A stretch of DNA of 58,166 nucleotides from an uncultured Planctomycetales bacterium (GTDB lineage: Bacteria > Planctomycetota > Phycisphaerae > UBA1845 > CAYMME01): contig CAYMME010000002.1 in NCBI GenBank assembly GCA_964391465.1, positions 1-58,166 on the forward strand, given 5' to 3'. Under the pieces are notes generated by a model that saw nothing but the letters and a program-made list of their open reading frames with translations, did not search any database and was not told the origin of the DNA. Position numbers and translations under genes: made by a program. Below, piece after piece: positions 29,652 through 39,236 of the stretch. Within the stretch, counting starts at the first letter, position 1; each line of letters opens with the position of its first letter.

Positions 29652-29672
29652 GCGCTGTCAAATTGACAGCGC
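29652..29672. promoter_or_regulatory. perfect 10-1-10 palindrome GCGCTGTCAA-A-TTGACAGCGC
   Basis: Seen directly. It lies 190 nt upstream of the receiver-groESL start and 90 nt downstream of the PQQ-like gene stop. It could be an operator or a transcript-end hairpin. Confidence 0.4.
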
Positions 29673-29761
29673 AGCCGGTCAGGTCTGTGAGCCGCGCGGC
29701 GTCGCCGGCGGTCTCACCGACGCCGGCCGGGTGCCCCAGTCAGGCAGTGGCACGGAGACAT

Positions 29762-31000
29762 CTACCTGTCGCGGATGTCCAGGCAGATGAGCTGCTTGTC
29801 GTTTCGGATGTAGAGCCGTCCGTCGGCGAGGACGGGAGCGACCCAACACGGATGCCGGAGGTAGTGCTTGGTCGAAATCACCTCGGCCCGCTCGGGCGTC
29901 AGCCGCGTGAGGGCCAGCGTGCCCCGCTCGGTGAGCATGATATAGCGGCCGTCAGCGCGGATCATCGAGGCCCGGCCGAACATGCGGTGATCGACCCACC
30001 GCTCCTCGCCGGTAGCGAACGCGATGCACTTGAGCCGGGTCTCCCCTTCGTGTCGCCCGTCGAAGCCATAGACGTGGCCCGCATCGAGAATCGAGGTGGG
30101 CCAGTGGTTGCCCATCACCTGACTCTTCCACACTTCCGCAGGCCCGTCGTCGGTGACACGCAGCAGCACGGCGCCGGTCCGGTAGCTGGCCGACACGAAG
30201 ACGAGATCCCCGGACACGATGGGGCCGGCCGCGTTCACCGACTCGTACTTCCGCGAGCGGAACGGGTAGCTCCAGAGCACGTGACCGTCGTCGATGCCGA
30301 CGGACACAACGCCTTCCCGGCCGAAGTGAATCGCGCACCGCTTGCCGTTGATCGTCGCGCAGTAGGGCGTCGCGTAGCTCGCCCGCTGGTTCGACGCTTT
30401 CCACTTCACGTCGCCCGTCCGACGATCGAATGCGACAAGCCCGGCGTGGTCGGCGCCGCCGGCGGCGATGATCAGCAGATCGCCCTCGACCACGGGAGCG
30501 CTGCCGACGCCGAAGAAGTTGTCGTCGACGTTGAAGCGCTCCTTGACCGGGACCGACCAGTGCGGCTTGCCCGCGGCGAAGTCGAGGCAGTGCAGCTTGC
30601 CCTCGGCCCCGAAGGTGTAGACCCGTCCGTCGGCGATGGCCGGCGCGGCCCGCGGCCCACCGTTGTAACGGTAGCGGTCCACGTACTGCGTGGGGTATGC
30701 GTGCTTCCAGATCCGCCGGCCGGACCGTGCATCGAGGCACTCGACGACTTCCTCGTCACCGAGCCGGTGAAACAGAATGAGCTTGCCGCCGACCACGGAC
30801 GGGGCCGCGTAGGTCTCACCGGTGGTCATCTCCCAGACGAGCCGCGGACCATCCTTCGGCCATCGCTTCAGCAGACCGGTCTCGGCCGACACGCCGTCAT
30901 GTGTGGGACCAAGAAACCACGGCCAATCGGCGGCTCCGGCCGGTGCGGTGGCGCAAACCGCGAGAATCGCTGCCGCGGCAAACCCGAGCCCGCTGCGCAC
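29762..31000 (-). CDS. PQQ-like (BamB-type) beta-propeller repeat protein, secreted
   Basis: WPWFLGPTHDGVS plus repeated motifs of the type 'G..Y.....G.l.cld..tG...W' (GRVYTFGAEGKLHCLDFAAGKPHW, GLVAFDRRTGDVKWK, GRLYIRNDKQLICLD). The GTG at 31000 gives the signal peptide VRSGLGFAAAAILAVCATAPAGA. The ORF-track start at 31231 reads through a REP element. Confidence 0.8.
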   Translation of the reverse strand: MRSGLGFAAAAILAVCATAPAGAADWPWFLGPTHDGVSAETGLLKRWPKDGPRLVWEMTTGETYAAPSVVGGKLILFHRLGDEEVVECLDARSGRRIWKHAYPTQYVDRYRYNGGPRAAPAIADGRVYTFGAEGKLHCLDFAAGKPHWSVPVKERFNVDDNFFGVGSAPVVEGDLLIIAAGGADHAGLVAFDRRTGDVKWKASNQRASYATPYCATINGKRCAIHFGREGVVSVGIDDGHVLWSYPFRSRKYESVNAAGPIVSGDLVFVSASYRTGAVLLRVTDDGPAEVWKSQVMGNHWPTSILDAGHVYGFDGRHEGETRLKCIAFATGEERWVDHRMFGRASMIRADGRYIMLTERGTLALTRLTPERAEVISTKHYLRHPCWVAPVLADGRLYIRNDKQLICLDIRDR

Positions 31001-31112
31001 GTGCTTGGCGTCGGGTGCCACTGGCAGCTTGCCTGCCAGTGCCTCTGCCGCCGAACACGGGCGGACAAGCCGCCCGTGGCACCCTGAAACAAGGTCTAGC
31101 GCTACTGAAGAC
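30999..31112. repeat. REP family 1, extended 114-bp unit
   Basis: The core GGGTGCCACTGGCAGCTTGCCTGCCAGTG...CACGGGCGGACAAGCCGCCCGTGGCACCC spans 31013-31084. Its flanks (ACGTGCTTGGCGTC on the left, GAAAC..GCGCTACTGA on the right) are also conserved in the copy at 44255-44367, in the same orientation. Confidence 0.88.
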
Positions 31113-31237
31113 GTATCCCGACCGCAGGCCGACGCCCGCAACCGTCGCGATCGAACATGGCGGCGCCGTTCCGGGTGGAGCGGCTTGGCCATGGCACGCC
31201 ACTGTAGCACCGTTGCCCCTGGTATCTGCAAACCTGC

Positions 31238-34204
31238 TCAATTCCCACAAACGGCCTCCACCCGGCGCCGTCGAAGCATGGTCGCCGCGCAAAGGACAAC
31301 GCACATCGTAACCGCGACGCGGCCCAATGCCGAGAGAACCGGGACCGGAATGCCCGGCAGGGAAAGCGCGTTGGCCGGGTCGGAGCCCATGTCCAGTTCG
31401 GTACGATCGCCGAAGCCGTCTTCGTCGCGGTCGATGCCGATTCGCACGCCGCTGCCGCGCGGCACCAGCGTCCAGGTCTGCTCGGTGCCCGCCCCGGCCA
31501 GGTTGCGGAGGTCGACCTCCGAGATCGTCTCGCCGTCGCGATCAGAGAGGAATACGTCCGTCGCTCGATCGTAGACCCAGCCGCGCGCCTGCCCGCTGAC
31601 GACGCCCTTGACCACCAGATCGAGCCGGCCCGGATCCGCGTCGGCGAGCGGAACCATGTCGTTCAAGGTCGGCGCGTCAGTGATGCGCTGAATAGTCGGG
31701 TTGCTCACCGGGTCGTCGATCGTCACCTGCAACCCGACGGCCGCGTGCGTGTCGTGGCTCGGCGTGCCCGGAGGCTGTGGGTCGACGGGAAGCGGCGGCG
31801 GGAAATCCGATCCGCTAAAGGCCAGGAGCAGGGCGACCAGATCGGCGACCTCTTGATCCGACGCCACGTCGAACGCAGGCTCGGCAACGAACCGGGCGAT
31901 CGAGTCCACGCTCCCGTCGTGGAGGAAGCCGAACCCGGCCCGGTTGGACGTCTGCGTCATGTCGAAGCCGGTCTTCTCGTACTGGTTGCGCAGGTGAGGC
32001 ACCTTGAACGCCTTGTTGGTGGAGCCGTCGACGGACACCATGGCATGATGGCGCTCGCCGTTGGGGCCAACGGGAAACGGCTCGAAGTTCAGAGTGACCA
32101 AGCTCTCCAAGAAGGTGTCGGTCCCCATGCCGAGCGGAAGCGTATGGCAGAGCACGCACGAGAAGGCACCGTTGTCCAGCGGCCGCGTGAAGGAACGGTA
32201 CAGCGACAGACCGCTTTCGGCGTTGCCGGTACCGAGCGGCTGCCCGGCCGGCCCGAACCGCCCCGTCGTGAAGTGGTCGTCGAGCGGCAAGGCCGTCGGC
32301 AACGTGTTGTCGAAGTCGCGGTGCGGGTTGGGCGGGAAGGTGACCGTCGCCAGGAAGTCCTTGTACTCCTGCATCTCCTGGGCCGTGAGGTTAGCGTCGT
32401 CGCCTTGCAGGCCGGTGAAGGCACCGTTGAACTCCTCGAGCCCGTCACGGTCGCCCCGCCAGTGCAACGGCTCCTTGCCGATGATGTCCTGGAAGGTCTG
32501 GGTGGTCATGGGTCCCTTCATGGGGTGGAAATCCTCGAAGCCGTCCGTCAATCCCGGGATGCCCGCCCCGAGGTTGTGAACAGAAGGATCAATCGCCTTC
32601 ATGGCGCCGTCGGGCACGCCCAGATCCCATGCCAGCCGGTCCATCCGTGCGTCGACGTGGCACGACGCGCAGGCGATCTGCCCGAGGCCGGAGTTCTTGT
32701 GCGTATCGTACAAATGCTTCCGGCCGACCTTGACCTCGCTCGGCGTCGGATCGAACAGCGGCACACGGGTGACCTCCGTCTCGGTGGTCGTGTCGAGCAC
32801 GGAGACGCTCCCCTCGAACCGGTTGAGCACGTACAGCCGGTTCCGCGTTTCGTCGAGAGCCAGACCAGTCGGGCCTTCGCCCAACTCCACGGTCACCGCA
32901 CCGGGAGCGCCGATCGGCGATTGCCGTGCGCCCGCCGAGTCAATGATGATCAGATTGTTCGACCCCATGCCCGTGACGTACCCGCGTCCTGCGGAACTCC
33001 ATACGATCCCTCGCGGGTCGCCGAGTGACTTGTCACGCTCACTCTGGGCAATCTGGGGCGAGGCGTAGGTCAGATGACCGTTCAGATCATCGACGCTATT
33101 GGTCGTCGGCCCGCTCGGGTCGACTTGCCCGAGATTGACCTGCGTGAAGGTACCGTTGAGCACCGGTTCGAACCGGACTTCGTTGGTGGCGTCGGTACCC
33201 ACAACGGTGACGGTGCCATCCGTGGGTCTGACGGCGATGGCCATGCAGATGTTCATCAGCCCCGTCGCATAGCTGACGTTGCCCGTGCCGGTGTCGATTG
33301 CGGCAACGTCATGATCGGGCAAGTCCCAACCCACGGGCCGGCCCGACTGGGCGGCGTTGGGTCCGCTCACGAAGTCCGTCCAGTCCCCACCGTTGTCGTC
33401 CATCCACTGTCCGGCCGCGTTCTTCCGGACAATCAGGCCGACCTCCGGTGGCGTGGGGTTCCCGGGAGTCTGGGGCGGATCGAAGCTGCCCCCGCTATTC
33501 GGCGGAGGATTGACCGTGCCGTGCGGCGTATTGGAGTCGTCCACGACGTTCGGAGGGAAGGTGATGACGTTCTCGCCTTCGGCCGCTCCCCCGCCCAGAA
33601 GCGTCGTAGCGTTGCCCGATTCGAACACGGCCACGTACACCTCGCTGCCGTCGCCGCTGACCGCCATGGCCCGCGGATCCTCGCCGTCGATCTCGATTCG
33701 CGGCAGCACCTCCGCCCGCGTGACGGGATCGAACATCTGCACGGTATTGACCTGGGAGCAGCTCACGTAGGCCCGCTGCGGCGTGCCCGCGAAGACCACG
33801 TCCGCAGGCTCGTCGAGCGTGTTGATCGTGGCCACGACCCGGCCCGACGGCACGTCCACGATGCTGACCGAGTCGGAGACGTGGTTGACCACCCAGGCTT
33901 CCGTCTCCGTGCGAAACCGCACCGACACGGGATCGAGCCCCACCGGCACCGCGCCCAGCGCGACCGGCGTTCCGCCGCTTGTGTCGAACAGCTCCACGCG
34001 GTTGTCGGGCAGGTTGCAGACCGCCAGGGTCGCACCGCTCGGACTCAGGTCCACGGGATGGACCGTCGGCGTCTCGAAGTTGACGAACGAAGGCTCGTCC
34101 GCGCCCGACACCCGTACGGCAGCGTGACACATCGCGAGCGTCAATAGCACCGCGGTCACACCACGCGCCGCCCGTCGATGCGCCGGAAGCTGCACTGTCT
34201 CCAT
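31238..34204 (-). CDS. secreted beta-propeller / di-heme cytochrome c peroxidase-like fusion protein with C-terminal membrane anchor
   Basis: There is a signal peptide and a YVTN/lactonase-like repeat region. Two CxxCH sites are present (CASCHVDARMDRLAWDLG and CVLCHTLPLG). A GFGFLHDGSVDSIARFV segment resembles the CCP/MauG family. An acidic DRDEDGFGDRTELDMGSDP stretch is followed by a hydrophobic helix and RRRR at the C-terminus. Confidence 0.75.
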   Translation of the reverse strand: METVQLPAHRRAARGVTAVLLTLAMCHAAVRVSGADEPSFVNFETPTVHPVDLSPSGATLAVCNLPDNRVELFDTSGGTPVALGAVPVGLDPVSVRFRTETEAWVVNHVSDSVSIVDVPSGRVVATINTLDEPADVVFAGTPQRAYVSCSQVNTVQMFDPVTRAEVLPRIEIDGEDPRAMAVSGDGSEVYVAVFESGNATTLLGGGAAEGENVITFPPNVVDDSNTPHGTVNPPPNSGGSFDPPQTPGNPTPPEVGLIVRKNAAGQWMDDNGGDWTDFVSGPNAAQSGRPVGWDLPDHDVAAIDTGTGNVSYATGLMNICMAIAVRPTDGTVTVVGTDATNEVRFEPVLNGTFTQVNLGQVDPSGPTTNSVDDLNGHLTYASPQIAQSERDKSLGDPRGIVWSSAGRGYVTGMGSNNLIIIDSAGARQSPIGAPGAVTVELGEGPTGLALDETRNRLYVLNRFEGSVSVLDTTTETEVTRVPLFDPTPSEVKVGRKHLYDTHKNSGLGQIACASCHVDARMDRLAWDLGVPDGAMKAIDPSVHNLGAGIPGLTDGFEDFHPMKGPMTTQTFQDIIGKEPLHWRGDRDGLEEFNGAFTGLQGDDANLTAQEMQEYKDFLATVTFPPNPHRDFDNTLPTALPLDDHFTTGRFGPAGQPLGTGNAESGLSLYRSFTRPLDNGAFSCVLCHTLPLGMGTDTFLESLVTLNFEPFPVGPNGERHHAMVSVDGSTNKAFKVPHLRNQYEKTGFDMTQTSNRAGFGFLHDGSVDSIARFVAEPAFDVASDQEVADLVALLLAFSGSDFPPPLPVDPQPPGTPSHDTHAAVGLQVTIDDPVSNPTIQRITDAPTLNDMVPLADADPGRLDLVVKGVVSGQARGWVYDRATDVFLSDRDGETISEVDLRNLAGAGTEQTWTLVPRGSGVRIGIDRDEDGFGDRTELDMGSDPANALSLPGIPVPVLSALGRVAVTMCVVLCAATMLRRRRVEAVCGN

Positions 34205-34339
34205 CAGCCTCTCTCCTGCTCTGTAGGAATCACTGGTTCTTGGGGTACGTAGCCTCTATCTCCATCGTAGACGACCGGCAGCGCCGCACAGACGAGTCAT
34301 GAGAATGACCACTGGCCCCGATTGCGCAGTCGATCCCGC

Positions 34340-34368
34340 TTGCCGGAAGATGGGGCGCCCGCTAGAAT
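34340..34368 (+). promoter_or_regulatory. candidate sigma70-type promoter for the NfeD-FloA operon
   Basis: TTGCCG (34340-34345), a 17-nt spacer, then TAGAAT (34363-34368), about 78 nt upstream of the ATG at 34446. Confidence 0.4.
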
Positions 34369-34445
34369 CGATGTACGACCGACGGGTGGGCGGAGCTCAA
34401 CTCCTGGGCCAACGGCGGTGACCCGTCGGCGGCTTGAGGCTCGCC

Positions 34446-36095
34446 ATGACGCACGTCAGCCCGAAATCAAGAAGACGATTCCTCCTCGGCATCGGATTGC
34501 TGGCCCTACTGAGCGTGCCGGCCTGGATGCACGGTGCGCCAAGCGCGTCGGCTCCGGCGTCCGCGCCCTCCGCAGGCTACGACCGCGCGGTCATCATCCC
34601 CATCAACGACGACATGATTACCGACGTGACCCGCGACTCGCTCCGGCGCCGCGTTGCCAAGGCGCGCGAGATGAACGCCGACCTGATCGTGTTCGAGTTG
34701 GACACGCCAGGCGGCCTGGTCAGCAGCGCCATGGACATCTGCAACGATATCAAGGACCTGTCCGACATCAGGACCGTTGCCTGGGTGCGTCCCCAGGCCT
34801 TGTCGGCAGGAGCGATGATCGCGGTTTCGTGCAACGAGATCATCATGGCGGAAGCAGGCCAGATCGGCGACTGTGCCCCGATCATGATGAGCCCGGTCGG
34901 CGTGGAGGAAATGCCGGACACGATCCAGAGCAAGATCGAGAGCCCGATCCTGACCATGTTCCGGGATGCGGCCCACCGCAACGGCTACGACCCGCTGCTG
35001 TCGGAGGCGATGGTCAAAATCGGCGTCGAGATCTACTGGATCGAGAACACGCAGACGGGCAAGCGGAAGTTCGTGACGGCCGAGGACAAGGCCAAGCTCG
35101 TCGGTGGCGACGAGGGCGCCGGCCTGCTCGACGGGCTGACCAAGCTCGGCAAGAAGGAAGCATCCTGGCGGCTGGTTGAAACCTTCCCGTTCGTCCACCC
35201 CGAGACCGGCGAACCCGTTCCCGTCCAGCAGCCGATCGTCAAGCCCAAGGCCCTACTGACGTTGACGGGCAACGAGGCCGTCGCGTTTGGATTCGCCAAC
35301 GCGATCGTCGACACGGTGGATCAGCTTCGCACGCGGTACGGCATCGCCGCTGCCGAAGTACCCGTGCTCTCGTTCGACTGGTCGGAGAAGCTGACGAGCT
35401 GGCTGACCAGCCCGGAGTTCCGCGGCCTGCTCATGGTGCTGCTGTTGATGGGTGCCTACATGGAGTTCAACACGCCGGGCCTGGGCGTCCCCGGGGCCGT
35501 GGCGCTGATCTGCCTCGTGCTCCTGCTCGGGGCGCCCTACCTGACCGGCCTGGCCAGCGTGTGGGAGGTGGTGGCCGTCGCGGCCGGCATCGTGCTGGTC
35601 GCGGTCGAGGTCTTCGTGATTCCCGGGTTCGGCATCGCGGGCATTCTCGGCGTACTGCTGGTGATGCTCGGGCTACTCGGAACGTTCGTGCCGGCCGAAC
35701 CGGGCCCGATCCACATCCCGCGTCTGGACAGCACCTGGGAGTTCCTGCAAACAGGCATGACCACGATGATCGGAGCGGGCGTGGTGTCGCTGGTCGGGCT
35801 GTGGCTGCTGGCCAAGTATCTTCCGCAGATGCCGGTGGCCGGCCGAATGGTGCTCGACTCCGAGACGGTCCAGATGCAGAATCGAGCGGCCGGGGCGCCG
35901 GTGATCGACCGGGCACCGGTGCCCGTCGGCAGCCGCGGCGTCACCCAGACGGTGTTACGGCCGGCGGGCAAGGCCCTGATCGACGGGCAGCGTGTTGACG
36001 TAGTCACCGAAGGCGACATGATCGACGAGGGCGCCGAGATCGAGGTGGTGCGTGTCGACGGGAACCGCGTCGTGGTCCGGCCTGCGTCGGCCTGA
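34446..36095 (+). CDS. NfeD family membrane-bound ClpP-class serine protease (long form)
   Basis: The N-terminal ClpP/crotonase-like part reads VIIPINDDMITDVTRDSLRRRVAKAREMNADLIVFELDTPGGLVSSAMDI. A central block of TM helices follows, then a C-terminal OB-like NfeD domain (GVTQTVLRPAGKALIDGQRVDVVTEGDMIDEGAEIEVVRVDGNRVVV). The ATG at 34446 is preceded by GAGG, and a TTG at 34434 is also possible. Confidence 0.85.
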   Translation: MTHVSPKSRRRFLLGIGLLALLSVPAWMHGAPSASAPASAPSAGYDRAVIIPINDDMITDVTRDSLRRRVAKAREMNADLIVFELDTPGGLVSSAMDICNDIKDLSDIRTVAWVRPQALSAGAMIAVSCNEIIMAEAGQIGDCAPIMMSPVGVEEMPDTIQSKIESPILTMFRDAAHRNGYDPLLSEAMVKIGVEIYWIENTQTGKRKFVTAEDKAKLVGGDEGAGLLDGLTKLGKKEASWRLVETFPFVHPETGEPVPVQQPIVKPKALLTLTGNEAVAFGFANAIVDTVDQLRTRYGIAAAEVPVLSFDWSEKLTSWLTSPEFRGLLMVLLLMGAYMEFNTPGLGVPGAVALICLVLLLGAPYLTGLASVWEVVAVAAGIVLVAVEVFVIPGFGIAGILGVLLVMLGLLGTFVPAEPGPIHIPRLDSTWEFLQTGMTTMIGAGVVSLVGLWLLAKYLPQMPVAGRMVLDSETVQMQNRAAGAPVIDRAPVPVGSRGVTQTVLRPAGKALIDGQRVDVVTEGDMIDEGAEIEVVRVDGNRVVVRPASA

Positions 36096-36116
36096 CCCCG
36101 TTCGCAGCTCACGACG

Positions 36117-36620
36117 GTGAACGCGATGGAGAACCTGCTTCTTATTGCCGCGATCCTGCTCATGGTCGGCGTGGCGTTGGCCGTGGCGGAGATCTTCGTG
36201 CCCTCCGGCGGGTTGCTCGGCGTGCTTGCGGCGGGTGGGTTCGGGTTGTCGATCGCCTGTGCGTGGATACACGAAACGACTTGGGGAGTCGGCACGTTGG
36301 CGGCGGTGATCGTGCTCGTGCCGATCATCGTTGTGGTCGGGTTCCGCGTCTTTCCCAGAACGGAGATTGGCCGACAGATGATTCTGTCGACCCCGCAGTC
36401 CGAGGCGTCGCCGTCGGCGTCCAAGAACGCCGCCGACTTCAACGGCGTGGCCGTCGGGACGCAGGGCCGGGCCGGCACCGACCTTCGGCCCAGCGGCACG
36501 GGGCTATTCGGGAATGATCGCTTCAGCGTTGTCACAGAGGGTGAATGGATCGAGCGCGACACCACGATTTGCGTGGTGAAGGTCGAGGGCAACCGCATCG
36601 TCGTCGAAGCCGTTTCATAG
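36117..36620 (+). CDS. NfeD family protein (short form: TM helices plus OB domain)
   Basis: Hydrophobic N-terminal half followed by GTQGRAGTDLRPSGTGLFGNDRFSVVTEGEWIERDTTICVVKVEGNRIVV. Confidence 0.82.
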   Translation: MNAMENLLLIAAILLMVGVALAVAEIFVPSGGLLGVLAAGGFGLSIACAWIHETTWGVGTLAAVIVLVPIIVVVGFRVFPRTEIGRQMILSTPQSEASPSASKNAADFNGVAVGTQGRAGTDLRPSGTGLFGNDRFSVVTEGEWIERDTTICVVKVEGNRIVVEAVS

Positions 36621-36691
36621 CGAGTCGCTGCGAGACCGCACCGACGATGCCGCCCCGGCGGCGCATTCCGGCACAATGAAAGGATAAGCGT

Positions 36692-37864
36692 ATGAATACC
36701 GCCATTTTGGCGGCGAGTGGGACGGGAGGCTGGTGGGGCACCATCGTTCTCATCGCGCTCGCGCTTGTATTGTTCCTGGCTGTCGTGCTGTTCATGCGGT
36801 TCGGGACGATCTGGTTGCAGGCATACTTCTCCGACGCCCGAGTGCAGTTCTTCGAGCTGGTCGGCATGTGGCTGCGGCGGGTGAGCGCACAGTTGATCGT
36901 CGCCGAGCGTATCTCGGCCGTAAAGGCAGGGCTCGACCTGGCGACGCCCGATCTCGAATCGGTGTTCCTCGTCCGTCGCAAGCCCGACGACGTCCGGGCG
37001 AACGTACGGGCCCTCATCACGGCCCACAAGGCCCAGCTTCCGGTGACGTTCGCGCAACTGCAGGCCCACCACTTCGCGGGCGGTCGGGTCGAGAACGTGA
37101 CGCGGGCGATGGTGGCGGCCACCCGAGCCGGCATCGACCTGGACTTCGACGTGGCCCGGGCCATTGACCTGGCGGGGCGCGACATCCTCGATGCCGTGAA
37201 CACGTCGGTGAACCCGAAGGTCATCGATTGCCCGGGCGTCGACGCCCAGGCCCGCGGCTCCGACAAGCTCGACGCCGTGGCCAAGGACGGCATCCGGTTG
37301 CTGGCCAAGGGGCGCGTGACCGTGCGCACCAACCTCAAGCAGCTCATCGGCGGGGCCACCGAGGAGACGGTGATCGCCCGGGTCGGGCAGGCCATCGTCA
37401 GCGCCATCGGGTCGAGCGAGACCTACAAGGACGTATTGGAGAACCCGGACCACATCGCCAAGAGGGCGTTGCTGTCCGGTCTGGATTCCGGGACGGCGTT
37501 CGAGATCCTCTCGGTCGACATCGCCGACATGAGTGTGGCCGGGGCGGAGCGCGAAGCCAACGTCGGGGCCAAACTCCAGGCCGAGCAGGCCGAGGCCGAC
37601 AAGCGCCGCTTCCAGGCGGAGGCCGAGAAACGCAGAGCCCTGGCCGTCGCCCGTGAGGCCGAGATGAGCGCCGTCGTCGAAGAGAACCGCGCCAAGGTCG
37701 TGCTCGCCGAGGCCGAGGTGCCGCTGGCCATGGCCGAGGCCTTCCGCAGCGGTAATCTCGGTGTGATGGACTACTACCGCTTCCGCAACATCCAGGCGGA
37801 CACCGGCATGCGAGACTCGATTGGCCGCGAGGATCGTGGCGAGGGCGACAAGGGGCAGACGTAG
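36692..37864 (+). CDS. floA: flotillin-like protein FloA (SPFH domain, UPF0365/YqfA family)
   Basis: [31 protein letters not shown]...[43 protein letters not shown]...[31 protein letters not shown] matches FloA over its length. Confidence 0.9.
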   Translation: MNTAILAASGTGGWWGTIVLIALALVLFLAVVLFMRFGTIWLQAYFSDARVQFFELVGMWLRRVSAQLIVAERISAVKAGLDLATPDLESVFLVRRKPDDVRANVRALITAHKAQLPVTFAQLQAHHFAGGRVENVTRAMVAATRAGIDLDFDVARAIDLAGRDILDAVNTSVNPKVIDCPGVDAQARGSDKLDAVAKDGIRLLAKGRVTVRTNLKQLIGGATEETVIARVGQAIVSAIGSSETYKDVLENPDHIAKRALLSGLDSGTAFEILSVDIADMSVAGAEREANVGAKLQAEQAEADKRRFQAEAEKRRALAVAREAEMSAVVEENRAKVVLAEAEVPLAMAEAFRSGNLGVMDYYRFRNIQADTGMRDSIGREDRGEGDKGQT

Positions 37865-37865
37865 C

Positions 37866-38495
37866 GTGAGCGATTGCGTGCTTGCTCAAATCGGCGGCGA
37901 CGACCTGGGGCCCATGCTCTGGGTCGTCGCCATGCTGGTCATCTCCCTGATCAGTTGGATCGCGGCCAAGATCAAGGAATGGAGCGACCGCGGCGGCGGC
38001 AAGCAGCAAGAACCGCAGGAGGAGCAAGCGCGAACCGAGCCGGACGAAGAGCCGGTAGTCGATCTCAGGAAGCTACTCGGCCTCCCGCCGGAGCCTCCCG
38101 AGGCTCCTCAACGCACACAACCCGAAGAGCCACCCGCCGCGCGAGCTCCGGACACACCGCGCCCGATCGCGCGTCCGGCCGGGCAGGTTCCCCCCCAACC
38201 ATCGCTGCCCAGGGTCGATCGGACCACGCCGCCACTCCCGCACGTACCGCCGAAACCGGAACGGGTCGTGGTCATCTCCGCGACCCCCGAACCGCCCCCC
38301 CCAGCGCCGCCATCCCCCAGGATCGACAGCGTGCGAGAGCTTGTCGCCGAGGATCTGACCGCTACACCCGTTTCCACGCCCGCGCCCGTCTCGGCCAAGC
38401 GGCGCGTACGTGTCACGCGAGCCGAAATGCGCCGCGCCGTAGTCCTCGCCGAAATCCTCGACAAGCCGGTGGCGCTCCGCGATCTGGAGGGGTGA
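37866..38495 (+). CDS. membrane-anchored proline-rich protein
   Basis: The GTG lies 2 nt after the floA stop. One TM helix (MLWVVAMLVISLISWIAA) is followed by a long P/E/A-rich linker and a basic C-terminus, RRVRVTRAEMRRAVVLAEILDKPVALR. Confidence 0.6.
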   Translation: MSDCVLAQIGGDDLGPMLWVVAMLVISLISWIAAKIKEWSDRGGGKQQEPQEEQARTEPDEEPVVDLRKLLGLPPEPPEAPQRTQPEEPPAARAPDTPRPIARPAGQVPPQPSLPRVDRTTPPLPHVPPKPERVVVISATPEPPPPAPPSPRIDSVRELVAEDLTATPVSTPAPVSAKRRVRVTRAEMRRAVVLAEILDKPVALRDLEG

Positions 38496-38514
38496 ATCCA
38501 ACCAGGGCCGTGAC

Positions 38515-39090
38515 CTACGCGATCGCGTGCTGATAGCAGTAGTCGAACAGCAGCTCCCACTCGCGTCGTTGAATCTCTCGGCAGAGCGTTTCGCACGATG
38601 CTTGGCCGGCGGCCGCGGCCTCGCATAGGTCGATGAACGCGAATGAGTCCCAGGTCGGCTGGGTGGTGAGGAAGTGCGCCGCCGCGTTAAGATCGCTCTC
38701 CGCCGCCGCCAACTCGGCCGCCTCGGGGCAGAGCAGCTTGAACACCGGGTGGGCGCCGACATGCCGGAACCAGTACTTGCTGTTCCCGTAGTCCGGCTCG
38801 CGGCGGTGCATGATGCCGTGCCAGTAACTGCCGTCTGCGGTCTCGATGCCCTGGCTGATTCCGTGCGACACATCGAGATAGTCGTGCAATAGCCACAGCC
38901 CCGAGATACACGCCATGGCCATCACCCGATCACGCACCTGAGCGTGGGCGAATGCGGTCTCGATGCTCAGGGCATCCAGCTTCGGCCTCGCTTCCGCGTT
39001 GGGGCGCCCCGGTCCCAGCGGGTTGAGGCGGTCCTCGTCGATCAGCTCGGCGATCACCGGTCCATATGCGCTGCGATCGAAAGTCGACAT
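38515..39090 (-). CDS. conserved hypothetical protein
   Basis: 191 aa with balanced composition and the segment YWHGIMHRREPDYGNSKYWFRHVG. I recognise no family. Confidence 0.65.
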   Translation of the reverse strand: MSTFDRSAYGPVIAELIDEDRLNPLGPGRPNAEARPKLDALSIETAFAHAQVRDRVMAMACISGLWLLHDYLDVSHGISQGIETADGSYWHGIMHRREPDYGNSKYWFRHVGAHPVFKLLCPEAAELAAAESDLNAAAHFLTTQPTWDSFAFIDLCEAAAAGQASCETLCREIQRREWELLFDYCYQHAIA

Positions 39091-39236
39091 CCGTCTGCCT
39101 CCCTCATTTCGATTCCGGCCCTACCCCAACATCGTATTCCAGCAGGCTTGGCGTCGGCTGCCGCGGCGGATTGCCCGCCGGCGCACAGGCAGACCCCGAC
39201 CTACCGGAACCGCGGCACCGCGGGTGAGACAGGCCC

